A stretch of 64,000 nt of DNA. Source: Eukaryota sp. TZLM1-RC (Eukaryota > Protista > Metamonada: BaSk clade). Of this stretch, positions 10,642 through 22,741 are shown piece after piece. Numbering within the stretch: the stretch's first letter is position 1; each line of letters begins with the position of its first letter. Where the stretch lies: assembly GCA_040285825.1 (NCBI GenBank), contig JAUPSS010000001.1:186001-250000 (forward strand), given 5' to 3'. The position numbers were made by a program, and so were the translations under genes. The notes beneath the pieces were generated by a model. That model saw only the letters and a program-made list of their open reading frames with translations. It had not been told where the DNA came from and searched no databases.

Positions 10642-11655
10642 TTACCTTTTCCCAAATTCAAGGTCAAATTGTTCATAACATTGAGCTGAGTTGTTAAACC
10701 CTAATACAATACACTTATTCCGATTACAAGCCAAGTTGACATAAGAAAACGAGCTAGTTGAAAGCAGAGCTAGGGGGTTGATGGAAGAGTAACCAACCTG
10801 AAGTATTAAAAGACCAGCAGAGCAGTTGATAACAAAACTATTCAATAAATTACAAATTGGAATGACAACATCTATTTTTTCCAAGTAATATGGTAGTGAA
10901 CACTTGGATACTTTGAAATCCGATTTAGAAACAATATGTGCAGTAAGACCCTCAAAACAAACAACATAATCAGCTAAAAGAGCTATTCTTTCAGTATTTG
11001 ATTGAGTGAAGGGTAAAGAGGAAGTACTGTGGGTAATTGTGTTGTGATGAAGCAATTTTTGATTGTTGTAAAGCTTGCAACAAATGATTTCCTCATTTCC
11101 AATCGAATAGATGGGAAGAGAAAAGCTTATTTCCGTGTAAGACGTCTTACCTGTCTGGAAACTAACTTGAACATACCACTTTGTTGACTGATCTGTTAAG
11201 ATGCCAATAATGGTATTGGAGATCGTTCTGTGCAAGATCGGTTCAAACTGAGCTTTAGGAACAGGGTGAAGAGTTTCTATGTCAGCAACAGAGGAAGCAG
11301 TCAGGGCACTTATTATGATGGAACGATCCGTCACTAAACAAACAGAAGGTCGGTCTGATACTACAAGAGTAGTCGCGTGGAGCACCTTATATGGCACACT
11401 TCGCGTAACCAGTTCACGATCTTCCAGAAAGCATGATATACAACAATTTTCAGCGTGTTCATTAATTTGAATGATAATCCTTTGTACTCCAATAGTACAA
11501 GGATAAAATGTTAGACATGGAAGTTTCTGACTTGAACAACTTTCAATTGAAGAGTAACAGTTTGGACCTTTCTGCTGAGTTTGTTTGTGGGCCCTTACTT
11601 TATTAAGTCTAGCCTGGAGAAGTAAGACTTTACGTTGGAGCTGCTCTTTAGACAT
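10642..11655 (-). CDS. Hypothetical protein (N-terminal coiled coil, beta-rich remainder)
   Basis: 337-aa ATG-initiated ORF in AT-rich DNA; no family recognised. Confidence 0.65.
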   Translation of the reverse strand: MSKEQLQRKVLLLQARLNKVRAHKQTQQKGPNCYSSIESCSSQKLPCLTFYPCTIGVQRIIIQINEHAENCCISCFLEDRELVTRSVPYKVLHATTLVVSDRPSVCLVTDRSIIISALTASSVADIETLHPVPKAQFEPILHRTISNTIIGILTDQSTKWYVQVSFQTGKTSYTEISFSLPIYSIGNEEIICCKLYNNQKLLHHNTITHSTSSLPFTQSNTERIALLADYVVCFEGLTAHIVSKSDFKVSKCSLPYYLEKIDVVIPICNLLNSFVINCSAGLLILQVGYSSINPLALLSTSSFSYVNLACNRNKCIVLGFNNSAQCYEQFDLEFGKR

Positions 11656-11965
11656 TTCTAATTGCAGGGAAGTTTATTAAGAATTCCAATCCATTTTTCT
11701 TGGAGGGTCAAAAAAGCAGGTATGGATTTCATTTCAAATGCATATTTGAATATTTGACCAGCAGTCCATCTTAAACGATGTGGCAGCTTAATAGTGTCTG
11801 CAGTTGTAATGAAGAATGGAATTCCAATGTAGGTTTGCTAAATACATTTGGATTTGCTCTCACCAAAGCATTAATGAGAAAATCTTCCCCTTCTCAACAA
11901 CTCAAACCCTTTACATTGGTGTAAAAAGGACACTTATTTCATTGTTATAGACAATATCTGTAAGA

Positions 11966-12502
11966 ATGACCTCCATTGTCAATTTATTTCAGCAAATACA
12001 GACATTGCTCACAGATTCTATAACTGCTTCTTCTTCTCAGTACAAAGACTTCTCTATCAGCCTTGATATTTCTCCAAGCGGTATTTACAATATAGATGTC
12101 CAGTTTGTTCATTCTGGGAAACATATCGCACACTCTCTCCCTAAATCTCAATCTGTGAAGTACAACAACCTCACTGCCGTTCACAATATCCTTTCAGAAC
12201 TTATCCAAACCACACCTTCAACAAATTCAAAGTTGAATTCTTATCACATCAAAATGATTTCCCAAAAATGCCATCTCATTCTACATCTCTTAAACCAGGA
12301 AGAAGCACAGCTGTTCAAGTTACCTTCAGCCAGCTCTTTGGTGTTTGGTTTAACTTTAAATCAATTTTCTGTGTCAGTAAAGGGATCTGATCACCATTTA
12401 TCTTGCCGTCCTTCCAAGCTAGGTAAGGTTGAAGGGTGCATCATTGAGGTGTTGGAGGTGTTGGTGAATATTCATAATAGTAACAGTAATAATTTGGTGT
12501 AA
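11966..12502 (+). CDS. Hypothetical protein
   Basis: 178-aa ORF followed by a T-rich 3' region with AATAAA. Confidence 0.55.
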   Translation: MTSIVNLFQQIQTLLTDSITASSSQYKDFSISLDISPSGIYNIDVQFVHSGKHIAHSLPKSQSVKYNNLTAVHNILSELIQTTPSTNSKLNSYHIKMISQKCHLILHLLNQEEAQLFKLPSASSLVFGLTLNQFSVSVKGSDHHLSCRPSKLGKVEGCIIEVLEVLVNIHNSNSNNLV

Positions 12503-12641
12503 CTCTTTTTCTATTTTTCATGTAAATCTCTCAGTTTTTGATTAGATTTCTTTCTTGTGGGTGTTTGTATTTATGTTTTTGTTATGCTTGCTATGCAATT
12601 TATGTATTAATAAATAAACAAATTTAATTCCACTTATCAAA

Positions 12642-15542
12642 ATGACAATTACCCTCCACTCATTACTTTCTCCTGTCACCGCTATCTGCTCAGTTGACCA
12701 TTTCGTTGTTATTGCACATGGAGGTGTGCTTTCTTTCTATTCTTCCAATAGGTGGTTATTCAATCACCATGTTTCATCTTCCACCATCCAACTAATCAAA
12801 TCTACTTCCCCTTCCTCACTCTTCGTTGCTGCCCACAATCTTATTTACCACGTCTCTTTTTCCACTTCCAACTGTACTTCTCAACTTGTGATTAAATCTG
12901 ATGATTTGGTACTTGACTTGGTAATCACCAATGACTTTATCATTCTTGGTTTTGCCAGCAATTACATCTCTTTCTATAATTTGTTAGATTATTTCTTTCA
13001 TTTGACAATTCACAACACGGAGAAAAGGACTTTGTACTCACTTTCCTTCCTTCTGTTCGATTCCACCTTGCTCGTTGCTTCTGGAACCCATAGAGGTTGT
13101 GTAGAACTGTGGAAGGTAAAGGTTAATCAAGTGGATCAGATTGACAAAAAAATCTCAAATTTTGGACAATTATCTGGTCATCGTGGGGTGATCTTCTCTA
13201 TTGATTGTTTGATCAAAGATGGGGTTATTAACCTGGTTACTTGTTCTGATGACAGACGGGTTCGATTGTTCAAAGTTTCTGACCTTGATTGTAATCAATC
13301 CAACATTCACTATCCGTGTTGGGAGTCATTGGTTCATTCGTCAAGAGTTTTCCGAGTGATTTTGACCTATGATCACGTCATCAGTGGCGGGGAGGACGGG
13401 AATGTTTTTATTTTTGACCTTGTGTCTGGGAAAGTCAACCATGTTCTTGATTTTTCTGATAGTTCTAGTATTTGGGCGCTCACAAATTCGAATTATGACC
13501 TTTTCATTGGCTATTTTGATGGAATGGTTCGTTACTTTGATATGAATACTATGATTAATCCACCAACTTCATCATTTGACGTTAAGTCTACCAGTACTAA
13601 ATGTTTTACTTTTGGTTCTGACTTGATTTCTTTTCATTCTAAAAACAGAGAAATCCTTTCTGTTAAAGCTTCTTTTAAAATGGCTTTTGATTATTTAATT
13701 TTAGATTTTATTAAACTGAGTGATGAAGTTGCATTAATTGTTGGGAAAACTGGTACAATCACTAAGATTAATTTCAATAATAATGAATGTTATCTTGAAA
13801 TAATTAATTTAGAAGGAATTGAGGTTATTTCCAAGACTTTTTCTTTTATTTGTCTCAATTATTTATATTTATTATTATTGATTAATGGAAAATTTCGTCT
13901 ATTTAGAATGAATATTAGTTCTGCTTCAATTGTTGAATTAAAACATGATTTGAGTCTATTCTCTTTTTTCATTGTTACCAATTTGTACGTTTTTAGTTGG
14001 TCAAATTGTATTTTTTTGATCATTACTTCCAAAACCGGAGATTTTGTTATTGGAAAACTAATTGGCAATGATGTTCAAGTAGTGAATAATATTTTATTTT
14101 CAAGGTTAACCTTTATAAATTCAGCAATTTTCCATTACTTTGCCAATAATGAAATAATATTTTATTTGTCTTGTGGAAATTGTATTTTGAATACCAAATT
14201 TGATTTAAACTTTAATTTGCTATGGTCATCTCTATTACCTATTCCAAAACCAATATCTTTTGCATCCTTTTGCGGTTTTGATCCAATCAATCAATCATTA
14301 TTGATTGCCGGTTTCGGTTCTGGGGGTCGGATTCGTTATTTCATTAACTCTATTGAAGTATTTAATCATTCTGGTTCAGGTCAATTTTATTTTTTTGATT
14401 GTAAATTTAATTACGAATCAGAATCTAAATATTTAATCAATTCACATACTGCAATGGAAAGCTCAATACTTTCGGTCAAAAATACTTTGACTTTCCCTGA
14501 CTTTTCTCAAAGTAGAGCTCACGGTCGTACCATTTCTGATTGTCAACTTTTGATTGGAGGAAAGACTAAATATTTGGTCACAGTTGGTGAAGATTTTTTG
14601 ATGAGAATTTGTTCTTTTTCGAACTTTAATGATCCTTTCTTGTCATGTCACTCAATATTTGGTAATTTTAGATGTCTCGCGTCTTGTTTTTTCAAAAATT
14701 CATACTTTCTTTTTGTAGGTGGTTCAAGTAGATCAATTAATGTTTATAGAATTAATTTGGAAAATTTTTCTTTTCAGTTTGTCTGTAACAATAAGCCTTC
14801 AAAAAGTCAATCAAAGTCAAGAAGGTCCACGTCACTGATAAGAATCGAGGATTTTTCTCTACTTCAAGATTCAGATTCAATTTTCTTGGTGGTTGCTCAA
14901 TCCAATGGTCAAGTTAGTCTCTACGAATTTGACCCCCTTCAATCAAAATTATCAATCAAATCTGAAATCAATCACTCCATCAATCAATCATCCATTCTGT
15001 CAGTTTCCTCTTTAATTCAGGATTCTTTTGTTTATTTAATCGTTGGCAGTTCGGATGGCAGCATTTCCTTTTGGAAGGGTAGTTTGACGTCTTTTGAGTT
15101 TGATCAAATTAAAATGATTTCTAGTTTTCATGTCGGGGGTACTAATTCAATTGATTTAAATCATTTTTCTAATGAAATCAGCGTTTTGGCTGTAGGTGAT
15201 GGTGGTGATGTTTCTTTCTATCAAATGATTGGCGATTCAGTGACTTTTTGTGGACATTATCTCCTATTTGAATCTGCAATTCGTTGTTCTAGATTTATAA
15301 CAAATGGTTTAGTTTTTTGTGCTTCCTGGAATGGTTCGGTTGCTTTAATTGATCTCTCAACACAGTTGGTTTATTTCTTTGAAGTCAATCTTGCACAAAT
15401 CAATAGTTTCAGTCACTATCAACTCGAGAAGGAAGTTTTTCACTTTGTAATTGTGGGGGATGGTATAGCAAGCCTTACCCTTGATTCGAGTGTCCCAGCA
15501 GAGGGAGAATCATTGGAAGATTATGCATTTCCTGCTATTTAG
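12642..15542 (+). CDS. WDR6: WD40-repeat protein, WDR6/Trm734-like
   Basis: GHRGVIFSI, TCSDDRRVRLF, HSSRVF, SGGEDG, AHGRTI, VTVGED, HVGGTNSID, VGDGI; 966 aa. Confidence 0.75.
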   Translation: MTITLHSLLSPVTAICSVDHFVVIAHGGVLSFYSSNRWLFNHHVSSSTIQLIKSTSPSSLFVAAHNLIYHVSFSTSNCTSQLVIKSDDLVLDLVITNDFIILGFASNYISFYNLLDYFFHLTIHNTEKRTLYSLSFLLFDSTLLVASGTHRGCVELWKVKVNQVDQIDKKISNFGQLSGHRGVIFSIDCLIKDGVINLVTCSDDRRVRLFKVSDLDCNQSNIHYPCWESLVHSSRVFRVILTYDHVISGGEDGNVFIFDLVSGKVNHVLDFSDSSSIWALTNSNYDLFIGYFDGMVRYFDMNTMINPPTSSFDVKSTSTKCFTFGSDLISFHSKNREILSVKASFKMAFDYLILDFIKLSDEVALIVGKTGTITKINFNNNECYLEIINLEGIEVISKTFSFICLNYLYLLLLINGKFRLFRMNISSASIVELKHDLSLFSFFIVTNLYVFSWSNCIFLIITSKTGDFVIGKLIGNDVQVVNNILFSRLTFINSAIFHYFANNEIIFYLSCGNCILNTKFDLNFNLLWSSLLPIPKPISFASFCGFDPINQSLLIAGFGSGGRIRYFINSIEVFNHSGSGQFYFFDCKFNYESESKYLINSHTAMESSILSVKNTLTFPDFSQSRAHGRTISDCQLLIGGKTKYLVTVGEDFLMRICSFSNFNDPFLSCHSIFGNFRCLASCFFKNSYFLFVGGSSRSINVYRINLENFSFQFVCNNKPSKSQSKSRRSTSLIRIEDFSLLQDSDSIFLVVAQSNGQVSLYEFDPLQSKLSIKSEINHSINQSSILSVSSLIQDSFVYLIVGSSDGSISFWKGSLTSFEFDQIKMISSFHVGGTNSIDLNHFSNEISVLAVGDGGDVSFYQMIGDSVTFCGHYLLFESAIRCSRFITNGLVFCASWNGSVALIDLSTQLVYFFEVNLAQINSFSHYQLEKEVFHFVIVGDGIASLTLDSSVPAEGESLEDYAFPAI

Positions 15543-16357
15543 TTTATTTAATTTCTCTTGTCATTGCTTTTTGTTTAATTTTAGTTTTCTGTTTGCACTT
15601 CCTGTTTGGTTTCTATCTATTTGGAAGAATTGTTATCTTCTCTAGTAATTTATTGAGTAAAGTAAATTAAAGGTTCATTATATTTCTATTTTCAATTTAG
15701 TGAAATACTTTCATCCATTTTAATTTGAAAATTGAACAATCAGTTTAAGTAATAAATTACAGAGTTGACGCGTGCGAATGTGCGTGCGAGACCCAACAGA
15801 GCTCGACCAGTCATTTACACTTACTGAAGTTCGATATACCTTTCTATCTCGATTATGTTTAAATCTAAACAACATAAAACCTTCCTTATGTGAGTTGCAA
15901 TAAATCAACAAAAAAAGGTTGTAAGTTTAATTATCAATTATTATTTCAGTATTACGTCTCATTATTTAAGTAATAGAAGTACTTTTACAGACACAAAAGA
16001 TCAAATTTGCAGAAATCGTTCACTATGACCATCAGAAAAAATTTATTTTCTTTCAGTCATTCCTGATACAGAAAAAAGCTCATTAGACATTCAAATTTCC
16101 TCAACGCAAATTGTCTTTATCTGGAAAATGTTTTTAAAAAACCTATTAGTAGATCGTCGTGTTTCTGAAAGTATAAGTGTCAAGTTTGAGTTAACGGGAA
16201 GAAGCAAGTGAGTCATGTGTCATTGATGATTTTGTTACAATAAAATCTCAACAGGTAATCTTTATTAAAGATACCTTAAAGCAAACATGGTATCAGTGAT
16301 ATCCCGTCAGTCTCCCTATATTCTGGTGAGCATATTCACTTCCTCTTCACCTAACAC

Positions 16358-16921
16358 ATGAGTTCCGACTGTGGAGTTGTAAATCTTATCCGTTCTTCCA
16401 ATCCCATCTTCCAAAACCGTAGTGAGGCTATGGTAGCTGCTGTTCATATGGGATTCATCAGTGCAGGTTTTCAATGCGTGGGTGGTCGAAATTCTTTTGA
16501 AGTTGAGCACAATTTTCCCAAAGATTGGCAAACTGATCAGAATTGCTACTCATTCAAATACAAACGATCTCCACTAGAGGGAACCATTGTATTGAAATTG
16601 GTGTCCTTTGAGCCCAGTAGTGGTCAAATTATTGTTGGCACATGTTTGGATGGCATGGCTCTTACTGCCACATGTCACACCCTAAAGTACAGAGATTTTG
16701 TTAACAAGAACGTGCGCCTCCATGACTTTGTCGCTCTGTACAACAATTTGTGTAAATTGACTCAATTAGCAGAGAATATCTTTGAGTATTGGCGTAGGAT
16801 GTTGAGTAATCCACATACGAGCGAGCACAGTCATCCAAGTAGAGGTATGCAGCACCCTGACAGGGATCATGAAGTGGGCCATGCTTTCCCTGTAGGTCCA
16901 TCAACTGATGATTTGTCATGA
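16358..16921 (+). CDS. PSMF1: PI31 proteasome regulator-like protein (FP domain)
   Basis: AMVAAVHMGFISAGFQCVG...FPKDW.....YSFKY...IVLK, typical PI31 N-terminal domain. Confidence 0.7.
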   Translation: MSSDCGVVNLIRSSNPIFQNRSEAMVAAVHMGFISAGFQCVGGRNSFEVEHNFPKDWQTDQNCYSFKYKRSPLEGTIVLKLVSFEPSSGQIIVGTCLDGMALTATCHTLKYRDFVNKNVRLHDFVALYNNLCKLTQLAENIFEYWRRMLSNPHTSEHSHPSRGMQHPDRDHEVGHAFPVGPSTDDLS

Positions 16922-17769
16922 TTGTTTTATCTATAAATATTCTATTCAGTTTTATTTTATTTTTTTGTATCAACGCTTATTACCAAGAATTTTGTACTTT
17001 TTGTGGCTGTTTTGAGAAACCCAACTCTTTGGATAAAAGGATTGTTAATGATTGATGTAAGACACATTTAGCAAGTCTTCTCAGATCAGAGATGTGTGAA
17101 GGGGAGGTTGACAAAGAAGTTCATTAGTTCTGACTTAATGAATGATGTTACTCAAGTAGTTATATATTCAAAAGATTTAATTATTAGTTTGTAATTATTT
17201 CAATTTTTATATTTTTGTTAAAGGCAAATTTCCTCGTTTCGTGTTTAAGTGGCTTCCACGTAATATTGCAGACTGCGAAGATTCATTAATGACTGTCTAA
17301 ACGTCTTTACGCTAAGTTCATTAGTTATTGCATTAAAACTTGAAATTTTCCTTCTTGATCTTTCTCAAAATTTCGAAGGAAGAATGACTAAAATTTAAAA
17401 TGAGGATCTTGATGACATCAATATTGAATTCATAATTCAATTGTTTAAGCACAGTTGAAGCTAAAAAGGATTTGAAGTTACTGTGCAAGTTTTTGAAGAG
17501 AAAGGTAACTTGACGACTTCCTGGAAGAGGTTTTCCAGGAGCTTTGTTGAATTAGTCCGACAGGTTGTCAATGGAACAATAAAGCAATTTGACAAAATCT
17601 CAATTGATCGCTCAAGGTTCAAGTGAAAATAATTCATCGTTATTTGTCACCATTGTCTCTCGAAGATTCACATAATAAAGATCTTTTTGAAGCAAAAATA
17701 AAGTGAATCAAAAACAGAAAAAAACCTCCTTATTCAATATTCCCCCTTATTAAATATTCATTCTTATTG

Positions 17770-19010
17770 AATATGGCTGATTCTTCACAACTCAAATTGC
17801 TTCATTGACTCATTTGCTCTGAGTTGATAACTTGTCGTTCTTTTGTACAAAAAGCTGTTAGAGATACCATTCAGAATGCAAAAAATACACCAGACTTGTA
17901 CATTAAGGAGTTTTAAAACAATGGCAACCGAATTATTGAACATTTGTGTTCTTATGACAGAGAGAAGCAAAAGAAAAACACAGAAAATATGATAAGGATA
18001 TTGAAGAGGCTAATGCTTATAGAAATACACAGCTGGTTTTTATTGCTTTCCCATTTTCAATAAATGGAAGATTATCAGATGAAGCAGAAACTTTTTTGAA
18101 TGACTTCCAAAAAATGGTTCAAGAAAAAACAATGAAAAGATTTGATATTTTTTGGCGCTCTCGGATTCAATTTGCCATTATTAATAGATTACCTCGGTTT
18201 TTCTATCGAATAAGAGAAACTTTAGCTAGACAGCAAGTAGATCAAGATTTTGTAGAGGAAATTTTGGTTCAATGATAGTCATCCCATTAGTTATGAATTA
18301 ATTTAATTAAGTGTGCAAATTCAATAAATACAAATTTATGACAGAGATAAAATTTACTGCTATTGTATTAATACCCTTGAAGCCACTCTTGACTTTGTTT
18401 CATGTTATGTTGGAAACGCTATTGGGCTGAGAAGAAAAATGCGGTCCTGAGGATGCAACATTTTGCTATGTTTAAAAGTTGCAATATTGAGTCTTTTATT
18501 GAACCGTTTATACGTAAGATATCTTCAGATCAGACTGACGACTCTTTTGGTAAAAGAAGGGCAGACTCAGTATCTGAAGGGCTCGATGGTGTTCTCAACG
18601 TTGTGGATGTTGTCTCAGTCGTTGTTCGCAAAATTCTGCCGCTCGTTTAGTGTATTGACACTATCCAACGCCCAAAAAATGGACATAAAAAATATAAAGA
18701 ATTATTGGCACATTCAGGTAGAGTGGAACATGTAAAATATCAGTTTTTGCCGTTTGCTATTTCTCTTTTTGGCAATATTTTTGGCAAAGATGGGTCCTCA
18801 TGATGGCGTTTTTTTTGAAAATTAAGTCAGTTTCGCAAAACAAATCTCGTAAAATTTCAACATTTTTCAAGTCTATTCCAACAATGGTTTCCAAAACTCT
18901 TGTAGCTATTGGTGTAGAATATAAGCGAAATGCTGTGAGTAGTTTTAGTCATAGTGATGTTTGTTTGGAGGATATTGAATATTAGATAGTGTTTTGGTTT
19001 AATAAAAATA
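17770..19010 (+). mobile_element. Old degenerate RLE retrotransposon pieces (A-like, then family C 3' end)
   Basis: LITCRSFVQKAVRD, IEPFI, RRAD, NVVDVV, FLPFAISLFG, C-terminal SDVCLEDIEY* followed by AATAAA. Confidence 0.75.
17964..18335 (+). mobile_element. 5'-truncated young family A retrotransposon copy with 12-bp TSD
   Basis: Highly similar to other family A 3' ends; TSD TTATGACAGAGA at 17952-17963 and 18336-18347. Confidence 0.9.
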
Positions 19011-19019
19011 CGGTAAAGA

Positions 19020-19500
19020 AAAGATACAGTCAAGGCTTAGAATCAACATTCTTGAATGAATTGAAGCTCAACAACTGGACAAAATTGTTTATTGTTCTGC
19101 GATAGTTGCCAAATGTCTCAAAATTGATCAAATATGGTCCCCAGTTTGAGCTCAGATGAATTTTGATCTACTAATAAAAATTAAGGCGTATTCAATGAAA
19201 GCCCAAAATCTTGACAGCGTTTGTGCACGACAGGAACAATTATTCTTGATTCAATTACACCAATTATTGAAGTACAATAGTGAGAAGTTTTTTCTGGGCA
19301 AGCTGACTGAAATTACGAAGAAGAGCTTCATAAATGAATAGCAATGCAAAAAAGGAAATGAAACGATTGCATCACCCTGTTTCACGAAAAATCACAAAGC
19401 ATTCAATCAATGCAAAGGACTCTAATAGCCATTGCCAGATTCTGTTTTTGAAAAAGAGTTTGGATCAGATAAAATGATCAAAATAACCCCAAAACGTGTT
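19020..19500 (-). pseudogene. Highly decayed reverse transcriptase relic
   Basis: Minus-strand VKQGDAI..., FLFCIAIH and DFGLSLN remnants. Confidence 0.45.
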
Positions 19501-20084
19501 TATGAAGTCTAAAATTGCAAATATATGTAACATGGGAAAAACTGTCAAGCCATTGGCTCAGGAATCAATGCATCATTTTTACAGGTCAACCGTGGAAAGT
19601 AGGCCATTTTCCAGAGGATTTAAAGATTTTGTTGTTTTTAACAGTCTTCTATTAAAACTTTGTAATAAAGTAGAGTACATTTGATTTCTTCCAAAGAACG
19701 GGGGCAATTGAGTTGAGAAATAGTTTTACCATAGTACTTTTGAAAATGTTTAGCTGATCAATCAAGACTTTAAAGTTACTTTACGATTGATTTTCTTCTG
19801 TTTAATACCAAAACTAAATAATAAGTGAGAAGACAATAATTATTCGGCTGTGAATAGATGTGTTCTTTTCTAACTTGTCGGTTTGAAAATTCCATAAAGG
19901 TGTCACATCCCATGTTTCTCTTTTCAATTTGGCAGCGAAATTTTTGCACCACAATTGCTACGAAAAGATATTGACCAAAGAAAATATGCAAAACATTGAA
20001 CAAATAGACTGAAAAGCTAGTTGGTCGTCGGCTCAGAACATACACAGTTGAGGGAGGGAGTGTACAGATTTTTTCAAATATTTA

Positions 20085-20245
20085 ATTTATTCGAAAAATA
20101 TAGTCTAAACATCAATATCTTCAAACCAAGCTTCCACACCATCAAACCTTACAACAGCAATGTCTTCGAGATGTGCACTGACAGACATTAAACCTTTCGA
20201 AATCATTTTAAGAATTTTTTGAAAATAGTAAAAACAATGCAATTT
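20085..20245 (-). mobile_element. 3' end of a family C-like RLE retrotransposon
   Basis: Encodes ...MISKGLMSVSAHLEDIAVVRFDGVEAWFEDIDV* followed by AATAAA, similar to the family C C-terminus. Confidence 0.55.
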
Positions 20246-20254
20246 AACTATTTT

Positions 20255-22140
20255 ATTTTTTGAATTTGCACACTTAATTAAATTAACTCATAACTAATGG
20301 GACGACTATCATTGAACCAAGATTTCCTCTACAAAATCTTGATCTGCTTGCTGTCTAGCTAAAGCTTCTTTTATTCGATTGAAAAACCGAGGTAATCTAT
20401 TAATAATGGCAAATTGAATCCGTGAACGCAATAAAAAAATATCAAATCTTTTCATTGTTTTTTCTTGCACCATTTTTTGGAAGTCATTCAAAAAAGTTTC
20501 TGCTTCATCTGATAATCTTTCATTTATCGAAAATGGGAAAGCAATACAAACCAGCTGTGTATTCCTATCGGCATTAGCCTCTTCAATAACTTTATCATAT
20601 TTTCTATGTTTCTTTTTTGCTTTAAAATCAAGAGCAGCAACAAGATTAAGTTTTCTTCTGTGAACCAAAGTATCATTTGCAACATTACATGAGACAAAGT
20701 CAACAGTAGCTTCAGAATTATCAATCCAATCGCAGTATATATCACCTCTATCATCAGAACTAAAATAATTCAGAGAAAGTCTTTCCTTCAGCAGGGGCTC
20801 TTTGATACACGATATCCTTGCAGTTTGTGCCATATTGAAAACAGTGTCTCTAACAGCATCATGTAATGAAGAACGATAAGTTATCAATTTAGAGCAATTC
20901 AGAGCATGGCGCAAAGTGAGTTGAGGTGAATTCGAACAAATACATTTTTCTGTTGATGATAATTGATTAATGGGGATGTTCAAATATAATCTCATTTTTG
21001 TTACAAATGCTTCATTAGTGGCACACAATCCAAATCTCCGTGGTACAATGGTTACAAAAAGTGAAGAATCTGACGACTTGTTTTCACAAACACCCTTTTC
21101 CAATAACAATGAGTGAAGATCTTGATTTAAAACAGCCGAGCTGCAAATATTATTATAAAGATCTTTTTCATACATTCCAGTCAATCGTTTCTTTAATGTT
21201 CGAACAGTGTACTTCAAATTTAAAACATTTTTTCCTGGAATATTGCCATTGAATGATTTTGGAAAACAACGACCCCATTTTTCTACATCAATTTTTGAAA
21301 TTTCTTCATTTAATGCAAAAACAGTGGAACTTTGCGTTGTCGTCAATAAATCTTCCCAATCTGTAAATCTTTCGGAAAACTCAAAGATTGCATTTCTGCA
21401 TCCACCAACAAAAGCACACGAGGTAAGAATAGAAGCCTTCGTCCACCCTAAACCACCATAATGTGGACTAAGGTAAGCATGATCTGGAATTTGAAACAAT
21501 TTACATCCCAGTAATTGAGACAGAACTTTTGCACTTAACTCATTAAACTTTTGAGCCAAAGGTCTAGTGACGAGAGGATTTGTAGATCGAAATATATGAT
21601 TGAAGTTGGAACTAAAACACAGTCTTATAATGGTAAATTTGATGTGTTTTTGTATATCTAAATTCATCATTTGGTCAATTTTGTCGGAAATTGAGTTCAA
21701 CTTTTTAAACAATTTGTTGGTAATTTCATCATTATTTCCTAAAAACGAACCCAAATGACGAATATCATCAATTGAATATAATTTGGCTTGAATTTCAATA
21801 CCATCAACTATTGTGGAAACTGGAGAATTCGATAACAAAACACATTTAAGTAAATTAAGTCGGAGACCAATTTTGGTAAATAATTCTTGAAAGGATACAG
21901 TTGCTTGTTTTACAATATTTAAATCACCAATAAGAACAACATTATCCATATATGCAATCATTTTAGCGAAGGAAACATCTCTTGAATTTGCAATAAAATA
22001 GGATGAATGGCCAAACAAAACAAAAGAGGTCCTAACGGATCTCCTTGTTTTACACCACTTGATGAACTCAAGATGGAATTACCAAAATGTAGATTAGAAT
22101 TTGTGCTATATGTTGATTGGAAATACAGCATTAATTCCGT
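20255..22140 (-). mobile_element. Family A RLE non-LTR retrotransposon, 5'-truncated inside RT
   Basis: GVKQGDPLGPLLF, then a frameshift, YMDN (mutated YMDD), GGLG, CIC..H...C knuckle, HDAVRD, RGD..D, KHRKY; short 3' UTR. Confidence 0.93.
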
Positions 22141-22740
22141 AACATCAAAATTTAAGCTTTCAAAAATCTTTGACAATTTTCGTTGAAGCGTTTTGCAGCA
22201 AAACTGTAAATTTAAAAGAGATCGGTTTGGAATTTCCTGAATTCATTGAGGAAAACATTTGGTTCACATTTGTGGAGGCAATCTGTCATGTTCACAAGAT
22301 AACTCATTCAAATATGGACTGCAACTAAGAACTAACAAATGAGAATCTTCAGGAAATCTACGAGAAAATTCATAAATAAAAATTCTTGCATCCATCCAAA
22401 AATGCTGATTGACACAAAATAGAAAATTTTGTAAATCCAATACCACCCAAATTTGTTGAAGAAAATAAGTGATTTTTCAACATTCGTGGTTCTACATCCA
22501 ATAAAGTGTCAAAAAAAAGAATTCTGTTCTCAATGAATGAAAGGAACCACAAAAATCTAATGCAATAAAAGAAGCCCAAGATCTGAAAATGTGGGTTATT
22601 CTCCTAGTACAGCAAATTTTAAGCATAAAAACTTAATATGTTTTTGTAAATCTAAGGAAGAAATTGAATCAAGTTCAAATTTCATGTTTTCCAAAATACT
22701 TTGTAATTCATTTTGAATTTAAAATCTTGAAAACAAAAAA
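22141..22740 (-). mobile_element. Family B retrotransposon internal fragment
   Basis: DNA similarity to 55660-55780; LGGIGF motif; frameshifted. Confidence 0.75.
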
Positions 22741-22741
22741 A

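Noticed and set aside
11658-11914. 60-codon open frame on the minus strand with possible 25/26-nt introns, giving a vaguely SRP9-like WEDF..A...Y...P peptide
   Set aside because: No in-frame ATG, and the candidate introns do not fit the YTNAY-NNN-AG pattern seen in all validated introns
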